From contig CAIYMZ010000119.1 in assembly GCA_903927415.1 (NCBI GenBank), positions 1 through 40,688 on the forward strand: a DNA stretch of 40,688 bases, written 5' to 3'. Under the pieces are notes generated by a model. That model worked only from the letters and a program-made list of their open reading frames with translations, ran no database searches and was not told the origin of the DNA. Below are positions 25,402 through 34,641 of this stretch, piece by piece. Positions within the stretch are counted from its first letter, which is position 1, and each line of letters starts with the position of its first letter. A program made the position numbers and the translations under genes. The DNA comes from an uncultured Alphaproteobacteria bacterium (GTDB taxonomy: Bacteria; Pseudomonadota; Alphaproteobacteria; Rickettsiales; UBA1997).

Positions 25402-26709
25402 ATGACAAAAAAACACGGTGACGAAAAAGAATTATCCTGCTCATTTTGTGGCAAAACTCAACATGAGGTTAAAAAGCTAATTGCCGGGCCTACTGCGTTG
25501 ATTTGCAACGAATGTATCGGCATCAGCATGGACATTTTGCGCGAAGAACAAAAAAAATCTCCACTCACCAAAACCGATGGCAGTAAGCCAACTCCGAAAG
25601 ACATCATCAAAATTTTGGACGAATATGTCGTCGGCCAAAAGCATGCCAAAAAAGTTTTGGCCGTCGCGGTTTACAATCACTACAAGCGCATCGACTCCAT
25701 GAGCAGCATGGTTGGGGATTCGGTCGAACTCAACAAATCCAATATCTTGATGATTGGACCCACAGGCTGCGGCAAAACTTTGCTCGCACAAACTTTGGCA
25801 AAAATTCTGGATGTACCCTTTACCATGGCTGATGCCACCTCACTCACCGAGGCCGGCTATGTTGGTGACGATGTTGAAAACATCATCGCGCGACTTTTGC
25901 AATCGGCAAATTTCGACATCGAAAAAACTCAGCGCGGGATTGTTTACATAGACGAGATCGATAAAATCGCTCGCAAATCTGAAGACAATACTCGCCGAGA
26001 TATTTCTGGCGAAGGCGTGCAGCAAGGCTTGTTAAAAATTATCGAGGGCACGGTCGCATCGGTTCCAACTCAGCCGGGAAGAAAAACCGCACAGCAGGAG
26101 TATGTCCAGGTCGACACTCGCAATATCCTCTTCATTTGCGCTGGCGCATTTTCTGGTTTGGAAAAAATTATCGTTGCCCGCGGATCCGGTTCAACTATGG
26201 GCTTCGGCGCCGATGTTCGCGCCAAGGATGATCTCGGTCGCAAAGATATTTTTAACGGCGTTGAGTCTGAAGATTTAATTAAATTCGGATTAATTCCTGA
26301 AATTGTCGGAAGGCTTCCGATCGTTGCTCCTCTTGAAGGATTGACAGAAGAAGATCTGATCAGAATTTTATCTGAACCAAAAAATTCCATCGTCAAACAA
26401 TATCAAAAACTTTTTGATCTCGACAAAGTTGAATTGAGTTTTGAAGAAAACGCCTTGAAAGAAATTGCTAAACGCGCCCTTGACCGCAAAACTGGTGCCC
26501 GCGGTCTTCGCGCCATTGCTGAAAATATTTTGCTCGACACGATGTTTGAAATTCCATCACAAAAAAATGTTAAATCAGCTCATATCACTAAAGAAGTTCT
26601 GACTAAAGGCGAGAAGTTAAAAATTACTAATCTCAGCGAAAAAGAAGTTGAAGAGCGTGACGGAAAAAAAGCGATTGCGATTGTGAAACAGAAAGAAGCG
26701 GTTGGATAA
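25402..26709 (+). CDS. clpX: ATP-dependent Clp protease ATP-binding subunit ClpX
   Basis: N-terminal zinc finger CSFCGK...CNEC, Walker A GPTGCGKT, Walker [10 protein letters not shown], and the GARGLR sensor motif. Confidence 0.97.
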   Translation: MTKKHGDEKELSCSFCGKTQHEVKKLIAGPTALICNECIGISMDILREEQKKSPLTKTDGSKPTPKDIIKILDEYVVGQKHAKKVLAVAVYNHYKRIDSMSSMVGDSVELNKSNILMIGPTGCGKTLLAQTLAKILDVPFTMADATSLTEAGYVGDDVENIIARLLQSANFDIEKTQRGIVYIDEIDKIARKSEDNTRRDISGEGVQQGLLKIIEGTVASVPTQPGRKTAQQEYVQVDTRNILFICAGAFSGLEKIIVARGSGSTMGFGADVRAKDDLGRKDIFNGVESEDLIKFGLIPEIVGRLPIVAPLEGLTEEDLIRILSEPKNSIVKQYQKLFDLDKVELSFEENALKEIAKRALDRKTGARGLRAIAENILLDTMFEIPSQKNVKSAHITKEVLTKGEKLKITNLSEKEVEERDGKKAIAIVKQKEAVG

Positions 26710-26720
26710 TTTATTTACGA

Positions 26721-26978
26721 TCAAAAACTCTCCACTATCCTCACCTCCAGCGCATGCAGCCCCTTCCCAAACTCCTCTTTCAGTAGCTGATTGATCTTCC
26801 GATGCGCTGCGATTTTACTCATCCCACCCAACTCCTCCGCCCCAATCACAATCGCGAAATGCGTTTCGCCACTTCCATCATCTCCTAAATGCCCAGCATG
26901 AAGCTGTGAATTATTTTTCACTTCCAAAAATCTCGGCCGCAAATTTTCTCGCAAATTTTCTTCGATTCTTTTTTTCAT
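26721..26978 (-). CDS. BolA family protein (second paralog)
   Basis: 85 aa with SQLHAGH...THF.IVI....F.GMS.I..HR.I..LL.EE...GLHAL. Confidence 0.75.
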   Translation of the reverse strand: MKKRIEENLRENLRPRFLEVKNNSQLHAGHLGDDGSGETHFAIVIGAEELGGMSKIAAHRKINQLLKEEFGKGLHALEVRIVESF

Positions 26979-27230
26979 CTGTTCAAAATTCTGTTAATAA
27001 TTTGTTAAAAAAACCTCACTTATTCACCAAAGAATTTTTTCTCAAAAACTTATTATTTTTTTCCACATTTTTTTAACATATTTTCCTATTGTTAAAAAGT
27101 TTTTTTAAGAAAAATTTAATTGTTAGTAAATGGTTTAAGCCCTGTATTTTCAACTATCTAGACTGTTAATAAAATTGTGAAAAAATTTTAATTAAGAAAT
27201 TCACAGCACTAATAAATTCATCTAAAATAA
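26979..27230. other. Candidate chromosomal replication origin (alphaproteobacterial hemE-linked type) and divergent promoter region
   Basis: This is a 252-bp very AT-rich spacer directly upstream of hemE. TTAA-N7-TTAA sites lie at 26994-27008 and 27105-27119. DnaA-box-like 9-mers are TTATTCACC (27020-27028), TTTTCCACA (27059-27067) and TGTGAAAAA (27176-27184). TGTTA(A/G) occurs 5 times. Confidence 0.45.
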
Positions 27231-28256
27231 ATGAGTAAATTAATTAATACTCTTCTTAAAAAAGAGAGTTTCGAATCACCGCCGATTTGGATCATGCGTC
27301 AAGCTGGAAGATATTTACCAGAATATCGCGAAGTGCGTTCAAACGTAAAAAATTTTCTCGAGCTTTGTTACTCACCAAAACTTGCAAGCGAAGTCACATT
27401 GCAGCCAATCCGTCGATTTGATTTTGACGCTGCGATTATTTTTTCCGACATTCTTGTAATCCCAGACGCGCTCGGCGTGAAAGTCGAATTCGTAAAAAAT
27501 GAAGGACCGAAGCTCGGAAAATTTGAATTGTCGCAGCTTAAAACAAATCGCATCGCATCGCATTTAAATCCAGTTTTCGAAGCGCTAGCGCTCACAAAAT
27601 CAAAACTTGATCCCTCGAAGGCTTTAATCGGTTTTTCCGGCGCTCCGTGGACTTTAGCCTGCTACATGATCGAAGGTGGTGGATCAAAAAATTTTGAACT
27701 AACGCGTCAAACTGCAATCCAAAATGAAGATTTTTTTTCACAGCTGATTAAAATTTTAACTCAAAGCGTGACCGAATATTTATCGTTGCAAATCAAGGCT
27801 GGAGCGGATTGCGTCAAGTTGTTCGATTCTTGGGCGGGAGTTTTACCATCGCAGCAATTGCAAAAATGGGTGATTGAACCAACTAAAAAAATCGTCACTG
27901 AAATAAAAAAACTTCACCCAGAAATTCCGGTAATTTGCTTCCCACGTGGTATCGGAATGAATTACAAAACATTCTCACGAAGCGTTATGCCTCACGGTTT
28001 GGCAATCGATCAAACAATCGAAAAAAATTGGGCTAAAAAAAATCTCGGACAAGTGCTGCAAGGAAATCTCGACAATTTTCTTCTCGCTTTTGGCACAAAA
28101 AAACAAATCGAAAAAGAAGTTTTGGAAATTTTGGAGATATTTAGAAACCAACCATTCATCTTCAATCTCGGTCATGGAATTTTGCCGGAAACGCCGATTG
28201 AGAATGTGGAGTTGGTGGTAAAACTAATAAAACAAAAAAGGAGAAATTATGTCTAG
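27231..28256 (+). CDS. hemE: Uroporphyrinogen decarboxylase
   Basis: 341 aa with the PPIWIMRQAGRYLPEYR signature and the DSWAG and GHGI motifs. Confidence 0.95.
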   Translation: MSKLINTLLKKESFESPPIWIMRQAGRYLPEYREVRSNVKNFLELCYSPKLASEVTLQPIRRFDFDAAIIFSDILVIPDALGVKVEFVKNEGPKLGKFELSQLKTNRIASHLNPVFEALALTKSKLDPSKALIGFSGAPWTLACYMIEGGGSKNFELTRQTAIQNEDFFSQLIKILTQSVTEYLSLQIKAGADCVKLFDSWAGVLPSQQLQKWVIEPTKKIVTEIKKLHPEIPVICFPRGIGMNYKTFSRSVMPHGLAIDQTIEKNWAKKNLGQVLQGNLDNFLLAFGTKKQIEKEVLEILEIFRNQPFIFNLGHGILPETPIENVELVVKLIKQKRRNYV

Positions 28257-29976
28257 AGTTCAAGTTCAAACACAGCATCAACATCAAGACCAAATAACTC
28301 CAATAGCAGTAAGTTTTGAATATGCGGCAAATGGAAGACATAAATTTCCAGAGCAAGTGGGTGGAAGTTTTTATGAGGGCGGTCATCTGGATAATAAATT
28401 TAAAAAATTAGCCCAACAGGATAGAAATTGGTTTCATAGATTCGCAAGTGCCAGTGGAAATATACCAAATGCGCAGAAAGTTGAAGGATTAGAGGTAATT
28501 GAAGAGATTAGAAAAACGGACCCAGAAAAACTGAAAGAAGCATTGGGACAAAAAGATAAGTTTGGTTGGAAGCCAATGCATTATGCGGCATGGTGTGGAA
28601 GTGACTCGGCATTGGAATCATTGGTGAGTGCGAGTGGCGAAGTTTCTGATCAAGATATGGGAAATATGCTCTTTTTAGCGATGGCAAATAACAGAGCGGC
28701 TGCAAATTTTAAAAAATTAACCGAAATTTGCGCAAGGTCTGGGAGACATCCGGAAGAATATTTTTTTACTGACGGAAGTTTACCGGAAGAGTTGGCTGGA
28801 GCTGGTCTTGGTGGAGCTGCTGTCGTTAGAGGTGGCGGAGCTGCTGCTGGAGGTGGTGGTGAAGGAGCTGCTGCTGGCGGAAGATTAGTTTGTACTAAAA
28901 ATTTATTAGATATAGCGGCGGAATATGGCAATGTGGAGGTCATGGAATTTCTTTTAAATAGAGGAAGATTGTCGATCGATGGAATGACTGATGTTCCAGT
29001 TGTGGATCAAAGACATTCAAAGCCTATGGACGAAAACAATCCAAAAATGATCCGAGGAAAATTTTCAAGCTTCGATAAAAGCCCGCTATATCTAGCAACT
29101 AAAGGGCTTCATGTTGAGGCTGTAAGATTTTTAATTGCAAAAATTGAAGAGAGAAATGGGGGAGAGGCTGTAGAAAGATACGTTGCTCAAAGGATGCACG
29201 ATAGAAGTGATTTTGGAAATGGTGGAGACATAGTAAGTCTAGCTGCACTAGCTGCCAGAGAAGGATTAAAATGGTGGAATAATGTTGACGAAGAACATTC
29301 GTCGCATGACAAAAAAACTCGCGATCAATTTAAGGAAAATGCAAAGGAAGGATTTTTTGATCCGGCTGGGTATCATTATGCTCGATTTAGCCCAGAGGGT
29401 GCGACCGAAACAGCGAGAGTTTTACTGCATGTTGCAACGCCAGAGATTACAATTTTTCCGTTTTTATATCCAAAGGAGGAGGTGATAAGGGAATGTGTCA
29501 TCCCAGAGAGAGTCGAGGCCTATCGAATGCCAATACTCATGGAGGCGTTATTTGCTACGGCTAATTCTTCTCCACTTACCAAGTTCAAGTTAAGTCGTGA
29601 TCGTGAGCCATATCCAAACATTCAGTTATTGGCGGAATTGCTTCAAATAAAACCAGAGAAAGAAAAATCCCTATCAGACATTGCGCTACTTGCAGTTTTA
29701 ACAGCAATACCAGGCATGGATACTGACGATGAAAGAGCTGTGCGGGCAATCGAAGAAGTGATAAATGACAACAATACTCTCAAAGATTTTACCCCAGAGT
29801 TTCGGGGACGTGTTCGCGACGATATAGCAAAATATGCGAAAGCGCAGATCGAAAAAATAAGATCCGAAGGTGGCGGAGCTGCTGCCGTTGCTCCATCAGG
29901 AGAAGTTGCGGCTGCAGGAGGTGCTGTGCTTGATGATGGAGGTGTAGAACAAGTAGGGAAAGACGGAAGAAGTTAA
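28249..29976 (+). CDS. Ankyrin-repeat protein with Gly/Ala-rich tracts (effector candidate)
   Basis: 575 aa with an AAGGAG SD at 28238-28243; the ATG overlaps the hemE stop (ATGTCTAG). ANK-like units are GWKPMHYAAWCGSDSALESLV, LLDIAAEYGNVEVMEFLLNRG and SPLYLATKGLHVEAVRFLI. Low-complexity tracts are GGAAVVRGGGAAAGGGGEGAAAGG and GGGAAAVAP..AAAGGA. Confidence 0.8.
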   Translation: MSRVQVQTQHQHQDQITPIAVSFEYAANGRHKFPEQVGGSFYEGGHLDNKFKKLAQQDRNWFHRFASASGNIPNAQKVEGLEVIEEIRKTDPEKLKEALGQKDKFGWKPMHYAAWCGSDSALESLVSASGEVSDQDMGNMLFLAMANNRAAANFKKLTEICARSGRHPEEYFFTDGSLPEELAGAGLGGAAVVRGGGAAAGGGGEGAAAGGRLVCTKNLLDIAAEYGNVEVMEFLLNRGRLSIDGMTDVPVVDQRHSKPMDENNPKMIRGKFSSFDKSPLYLATKGLHVEAVRFLIAKIEERNGGEAVERYVAQRMHDRSDFGNGGDIVSLAALAAREGLKWWNNVDEEHSSHDKKTRDQFKENAKEGFFDPAGYHYARFSPEGATETARVLLHVATPEITIFPFLYPKEEVIRECVIPERVEAYRMPILMEALFATANSSPLTKFKLSRDREPYPNIQLLAELLQIKPEKEKSLSDIALLAVLTAIPGMDTDDERAVRAIEEVINDNNTLKDFTPEFRGRVRDDIAKYAKAQIEKIRSEGGGAAAVAPSGEVAAAGGAVLDDGGVEQVGKDGRS

Positions 29977-29979
29977 ATC

Positions 29980-30711
29980 TTAAAAGTTTTGACTTGTGAG
30001 CGACGCCACCGCATCCACAGTCCCAATGTGAAAATATTTCCCCGCAAGTTCGACACCTTTAATCCGATGAACCAACCCACCCTCACCCACAGCTGATTTG
30101 TAAAAATGCGACATTGAAAAACACTTTTCCGGCGCGCGCTCTAAAATTTTCGGATTAATAATTTGCAGCCCAACAAAAACGTGGCTCATTGCGCAATCGG
30201 GAAAACGAAAAAGTTGATCGCCGTGCAAATTAAAATCCCCGCCGCCGTGAATATTTCCTTCATAGCCAAAATAATCTGTGGTTTTTTTTAGGCCTAAAAG
30301 AATGTCGCAAGCGCTTGCGTCCCAAGCATTGCAGAGAAGTTCAATGTCAGAAATTGCACCGACATCTTGCCACAAAACATCGCCGTTGATTGTCAGCAGC
30401 GGTTCGGTGGGATCGAATTTTTTTTTCGCAAAAACTAATCCGCCGCCAGTTTCAATTTTTTCCACTTCGCGCGAAAAAATAATTTTTGGATTGTTCAGTT
30501 TTTTGATGTGCGTTTCGAGCTGCTCGGCGAGATAAAATCCGTTAATAATAATTTTTTTGATCGAGGAAATTTGGTCTAATTTTTCGATCGTGTAATCGAT
30601 GATTGCCTTGTTTTTTATTTTAACGAGCGGCTTGGGGATCGAGTCGGTGAGCGGTCTCATGCGCTCTCCGCGTCCGGCGGCGAAAATGAAAGATTGGGTG
30701 ATTTTGGTCAT
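29980..30711 (-). CDS. Sugar-phosphate nucleotidyltransferase (MurU/GlmU-N-like)
   Basis: 243 aa with the FIFAAGRGERMRPLTDSIPKPLV N-terminal signature. Confidence 0.8.
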   Translation of the reverse strand: MTKITQSFIFAAGRGERMRPLTDSIPKPLVKIKNKAIIDYTIEKLDQISSIKKIIINGFYLAEQLETHIKKLNNPKIIFSREVEKIETGGGLVFAKKKFDPTEPLLTINGDVLWQDVGAISDIELLCNAWDASACDILLGLKKTTDYFGYEGNIHGGGDFNLHGDQLFRFPDCAMSHVFVGLQIINPKILERAPEKCFSMSHFYKSAVGEGGLVHRIKGVELAGKYFHIGTVDAVASLTSQNF

Positions 30712-30728
30712 ATTTTTGTTTGTTTTTT

Positions 30729-30817
30729 CTTGTCATTCCCGCGAAGGCGGGAATCCAGAATGTTAAAACGAGATTCTATTTAGCTTTCTGGATTCCCGCC
30801 TTCGCGGGAATGACAAG
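30729..30817. repeat. Intergenic palindromic element (gtcattcccgcgaaggcgggaatccaga family)
   Basis: cttgtcattcccgcgaaggcgggaatccagaa (30729-30760) and its perfect inverted copy (30786-30817) flank a 25-nt centre. Each arm contains its own cccgc gaag gcggg hairpin. Confidence 0.9.
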
Positions 30818-30988
30818 TGGAGAGTGCGGAGCGCTTAAGTAATAAAATTTAAATAATTTTCCCGATTAATAATTTTATATTTAGCCTCAGGATAGCTTTC
30901 TAACCACTACTGTCACTGTTGTTTCCGGCATTAAATGCCAAAAAACATCGAGTTCCCCACCGACTCACGGCTTTACAACAAAGCTCGA

Positions 30989-31792
30989 TCAAGATTGGCG
31001 ACATAGATATGAAATTTTTTTCAACGGATTTTTGATTGAATAAAAGGCTAGAAAAAAATCTAAATTTAGATGGATTTTATTCAGGTAGAAACGCATCAGA
31101 TTTTTTTGGTTAAGCTCGTATGGATGAATGTAGATCACCGGCTTCACCCGCTCATTTTCCAATTTCTTGAATAAAACTTTTTGCAGCAATAGCGGCAAAA
31201 CGCGCAAATAAAACCCTCCGCTAAAAGGAACGCCGCATTTTGGTAAAGGAATTTCAGTAATATTTCCAAATTTTGTTTCCACTTCAAACGGCAATTTTTT
31301 ATCTTCACTTTGACCATACATGTAAGTTTTAAACGGCATGTATGAGGATGAAAATGAATAGCCATTTTTTGCCAAAATTTCGTAGTAAGAATTTTCAAAA
31401 GGCATCGACCAGCTAGCAGCTCTGTAACCTCCAATCTCCCTCCCAGTCAAATCTTCAAGTATTGTTTTTGCTTTAACGATTGATTGCTCCCACTCATCTA
31501 AACTGATTTTATAAACCAAGCGATGGTCGAAACCATGTGAAGCAATTTCAAAATCAGCGTCACTTAATTTTTTAATAATCTTCGGATATTTTTGAGCGAA
31601 GCTTCCCAGCACAAAACAGGTCGATTTCATTTTTAACTTAGCACAGAACTCAATCCAATTGTCGATCATCTTCTCGTAATCCACATCACTAAAATCCGGT
31701 CTTGGCAATAAATTAAAATTACTGTCGAGCAATTCCTCTACATCAAGAGTGAGCCAAATTTTATTTTCTTCGTAAACCGAACTTACCGTCAT
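30989..31792 (-). CDS. Polysaccharide deacetylase (CE4-like)
   Basis: 267 aa with LTLDVEE (Asp motif 1) and ASHGFDH (His-His motif 2). Its ATG overlaps the stop of the upstream GMC gene (ATGA). Confidence 0.8.
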   Translation of the reverse strand: MTVSSVYEENKIWLTLDVEELLDSNFNLLPRPDFSDVDYEKMIDNWIEFCAKLKMKSTCFVLGSFAQKYPKIIKKLSDADFEIASHGFDHRLVYKISLDEWEQSIVKAKTILEDLTGREIGGYRAASWSMPFENSYYEILAKNGYSFSSSYMPFKTYMYGQSEDKKLPFEVETKFGNITEIPLPKCGVPFSGGFYLRVLPLLLQKVLFKKLENERVKPVIYIHPYELNQKNLMRFYLNKIHLNLDFFLAFYSIKNPLKKISYLCRQS

Positions 31793-33397
31793 AAATTTTT
31801 CTCTTTGATTGCAGAGATCAAATTTTTAGCAATGCGATCTGCATTAGCCATTATTGTAAAACTGTGTGGCTTGGCTGGAAGAGTCGTGAGCGCAGCACCA
31901 TCAACTACGTAAATTCCTAGCATTGCCGCCACTTCACCATCCTTGGTTAATTCGTATTTTTTTGTTGGATTCTCTCTCATTTTTAAAGTTGCCGCGTAGT
32001 GAATATCTTCACCTAACTCGGTTAATTTAAAACTTCCCGGCAGCATAAATGCACCATAGAACATCATAGTTTTTGTTAGGCGTTTTTTTATATCTTTGAC
32101 GACATCAAGAATGCCATCTTGGTAAGCACCATTAATTTGCATTTTTCCGGCAGAATTAATTTTTATTTTACTCGCCGAATAATCACCGCTTAAAAAACAA
32201 TTTCCTAAAATCATTGATGGCTGTAGCGCCAAAATGATCTTTCTTGCAGCCGGATAGGAGAAAGGAACATGATGAATATATTCCGAAGACAATATCGCAT
32301 CAGCAGGAAAAAGACTGGCTAGCGCGTAATTTTGTGGTTTTTTTTGTTAGCAATCACTAAGGAAATTTGTCCGGTGGAAAGCACTTTATTTTCTACTTTT
32401 GATCCCAAACGCTCCGGCATAAAAAATGCAAATCCCGCAGCAGGATTGGTCACCAGATCAATCTCTTGATCGTAAATTTTTAAAGCATCCAGAACCAGTC
32501 TGGTCGTAGCAATCGCACCTAACGCTAGAATTATTTTTTTTCCCGAAAATTTTACTCTTGTCGAATTTTTCTCATCCTCACCACTTAGCTCGTATAAACC
32601 ATCAACACCACTTTCCAATTTATCAATAAACACACTGCTGATATAGTAAAAATTGGGATATTTTTTTAGCTTCTCTAAATCAAATCTTGCCGAATAAATT
32701 GATTTGTTGGCACAACCCCAAACACATAGGCCAGAATAGCTACAAGCTTCTCTTTCTTCTTTTTTTCACTCAAAACCGCAATTCTATTGCGACCAATTTT
32801 AATATCGTTGCTATTGGCAAATTGAGGATTTTTTTGGTAACGATTTAATATTTTTTTTGCGTTACAATTAATCTCCGTAGCACTCTGTAATTCAATTCCA
32901 TTGCCATGAAATTCAGAAACATCATCATTTTTAACGCCGCTGACTCCGATACGCTTTGCCACATCTTGGTAAGATTTTTCCAGATCAGATTTTGTGATTG
33001 GAAATTTTTCTAAATCCACTTCATCAAAACATCCAACCCCCGCACCCCAAGCATTAGAAAGACCCCCAGCAGCAAGTGATCCCGATAAAATAAAGTTATT
33101 AGTCTCTGGCTGATATTTTTCGTGGTAGTCGGCAAAAATATATTTATTGGTTACTGCACGTAACTTGGGAGAAGAGGATGAAATTTTTTCCCAATCATCA
33201 AGATTATCAAAAATAGGATTCGACTCAGATTTAGTGCGCAAATCAAAATAAGTGGAGCCTTTCTTGAGTGAATTTTTTTGTTCATTGCCGAAATCAATCA
33301 TCACAACTTTTAACCCAGCTTCGATAAGAGGGAATGCAGCTGAAACTCCAGAATGACCACTGCCAACAATGATTACATCTTGATTAAATATGGTCAT
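31789..33397 (-). pseudogene. GMC-family FAD oxidoreductase split into three ORFs by two frameshifts at poly-A tracts
   Basis: The N-terminal piece has IIVGSGHSGVSAAFPLIEAGLKVVMIDFG (the FAD GxGxxG motif). The C-terminal piece has a GMC-like ...VVDGAALTTLPAKPHSFTIMANADRIA. The three frames join at A7 (32760-32766) and A8 (32338-32345) to give about 536 aa. Confidence 0.8.
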
Positions 33398-34641
33398 GCG
33401 GCGGATTTTAAATTACGCAGAAACTTTGTGATGATGCCCATAAAAATTAGCAGAAACTCAAACGACATCATCAAGACAATCTTCAGCGTCGCTTTAACTA
33501 ATCCGATTTCTTTGAATGGAATAAACTGTGACGAAGCTTTGGAATCGCTTTCAGCAATTATCAAAGCCAGTTTCAGACGTCGATCCAATTCATTTTTATT
33601 TGCAAATTTTTGTAAAAAAATTGGGCTGCGCGGATCAATCAATCGTAGTAAAACCGGACAGCTTAAATATATTTTAGAAATTCGCAGCGGCCCTGCTGAA
33701 GTCATTGCTTTGACATATTTTTTAGCAAAAAATTTATTATGTTTTGCGCCAGAAACATATTGCATCAGTGCTTTTCCCTCAAGAAGTAATCTCTTTCTTG
33801 ATACTAATTCACCACTCTGAAGACCATCCTTTAAATTTCTTAGATTAAAATTCTCATCAACTTTCATAACTCGCAAAGCCAGCAATCCATTGACACGCTC
33901 AGGATCAATAATTTTGATAAAACCTGCAAAACGTAAAAATAAATGTGGCAAAGGAATTAAAATTAAATGTCGCCAAAATTTGTACCACGCCAAATTTTGT
34001 AAAAATTCTGTAATCGCAATCGGATTTCTTTGTGCAATATTATGTTGAGATTTTGTTTGACCGCTGATCACCAAGCTCAGTAATACCTTGCTCAAATCTT
34101 CAACATGAACCGGCTGAACATAAATCTTTGGTAAGAATTCCGGCAAGATTGGCAAGATTTTTGCCAATTTACAAAAAGTACCGAAAAGCGCGTGCTCCTC
34201 TTCGCCATAAACCAATCCAGGACGCACAACAATGCCGTTATTTTTCAACACCTCTTCTTCAAGCAGATATTTTCTGTACCCGTAATTAGTTGGGGAATTT
34301 TTCGATGCGGATTGACTGGAAATAAAAATGAAATTTTTTATTCCATTTTTTTGCACCTCCTCCAGCAAATTTTTTAAAGCGAACAATTCGAGATCGATGA
34401 CTTTCTGATTCGATATTTGTGAATTAGTAACCGTAGCAAGATGTATTAGTGCATCCACCATTTCGAAAGAACGAGAATCTGGAATAGAATCAAGATCGTA
34501 GTGAAAAAAATTTAAACCATTTTTATCACAACATGCCGCTTTATTTCTGACTAAAGCGTTAACCTTAAAACCTTGCTGTAAAGCTGATTTTACTAGAGAT
34601 TTTCCGATATAACCATTAGCGCCAGTGATGGCTATTTTCAT
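33394..34641 (-). CDS. Extended SDR (NAD-dependent epimerase/dehydratase/reductase fold) with about 120-aa C-terminal extension ending in a hydrophobic helix
   Basis: MKIAITGANGYIGKSL Rossmann motif, a YGYRK (YxxxK) catalytic motif, and the C-terminal LKIVLMMSFEFLLIFMGIITKF. Confidence 0.75.
   Translation of the reverse strand: MKIAITGANGYIGKSLVKSALQQGFKVNALVRNKAACCDKNGLNFFHYDLDSIPDSRSFEMVDALIHLATVTNSQISNQKVIDLELFALKNLLEEVQKNGIKNFIFISSQSASKNSPTNYGYRKYLLEEEVLKNNGIVVRPGLVYGEEEHALFGTFCKLAKILPILPEFLPKIYVQPVHVEDLSKVLLSLVISGQTKSQHNIAQRNPIAITEFLQNLAWYKFWRHLILIPLPHLFLRFAGFIKIIDPERVNGLLALRVMKVDENFNLRNLKDGLQSGELVSRKRLLLEGKALMQYVSGAKHNKFFAKKYVKAMTSAGPLRISKIYLSCPVLLRLIDPRSPIFLQKFANKNELDRRLKLALIIAESDSKASSQFIPFKEIGLVKATLKIVLMMSFEFLLIFMGIITKFLRNLKSAA

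Noticed and set aside
30841-30988. tRNA-like fragment (complement reads gacagtagtggttagaaagc, resembling a D-arm) downstream of the deacetylase gene.
   Set aside because: No acceptor stem, anticodon arm or T-arm (GTTCRANNC) can be built around it. It is at most a decayed fragment.
33353-33820. A 155-aa plus-strand ORF opposite the C-terminal extension of the SDR gene.
   Set aside because: It is antisense to a gene embedded in a translationally coupled operon. It has low-complexity AT-rich codon content and no SD or recognisable motif.
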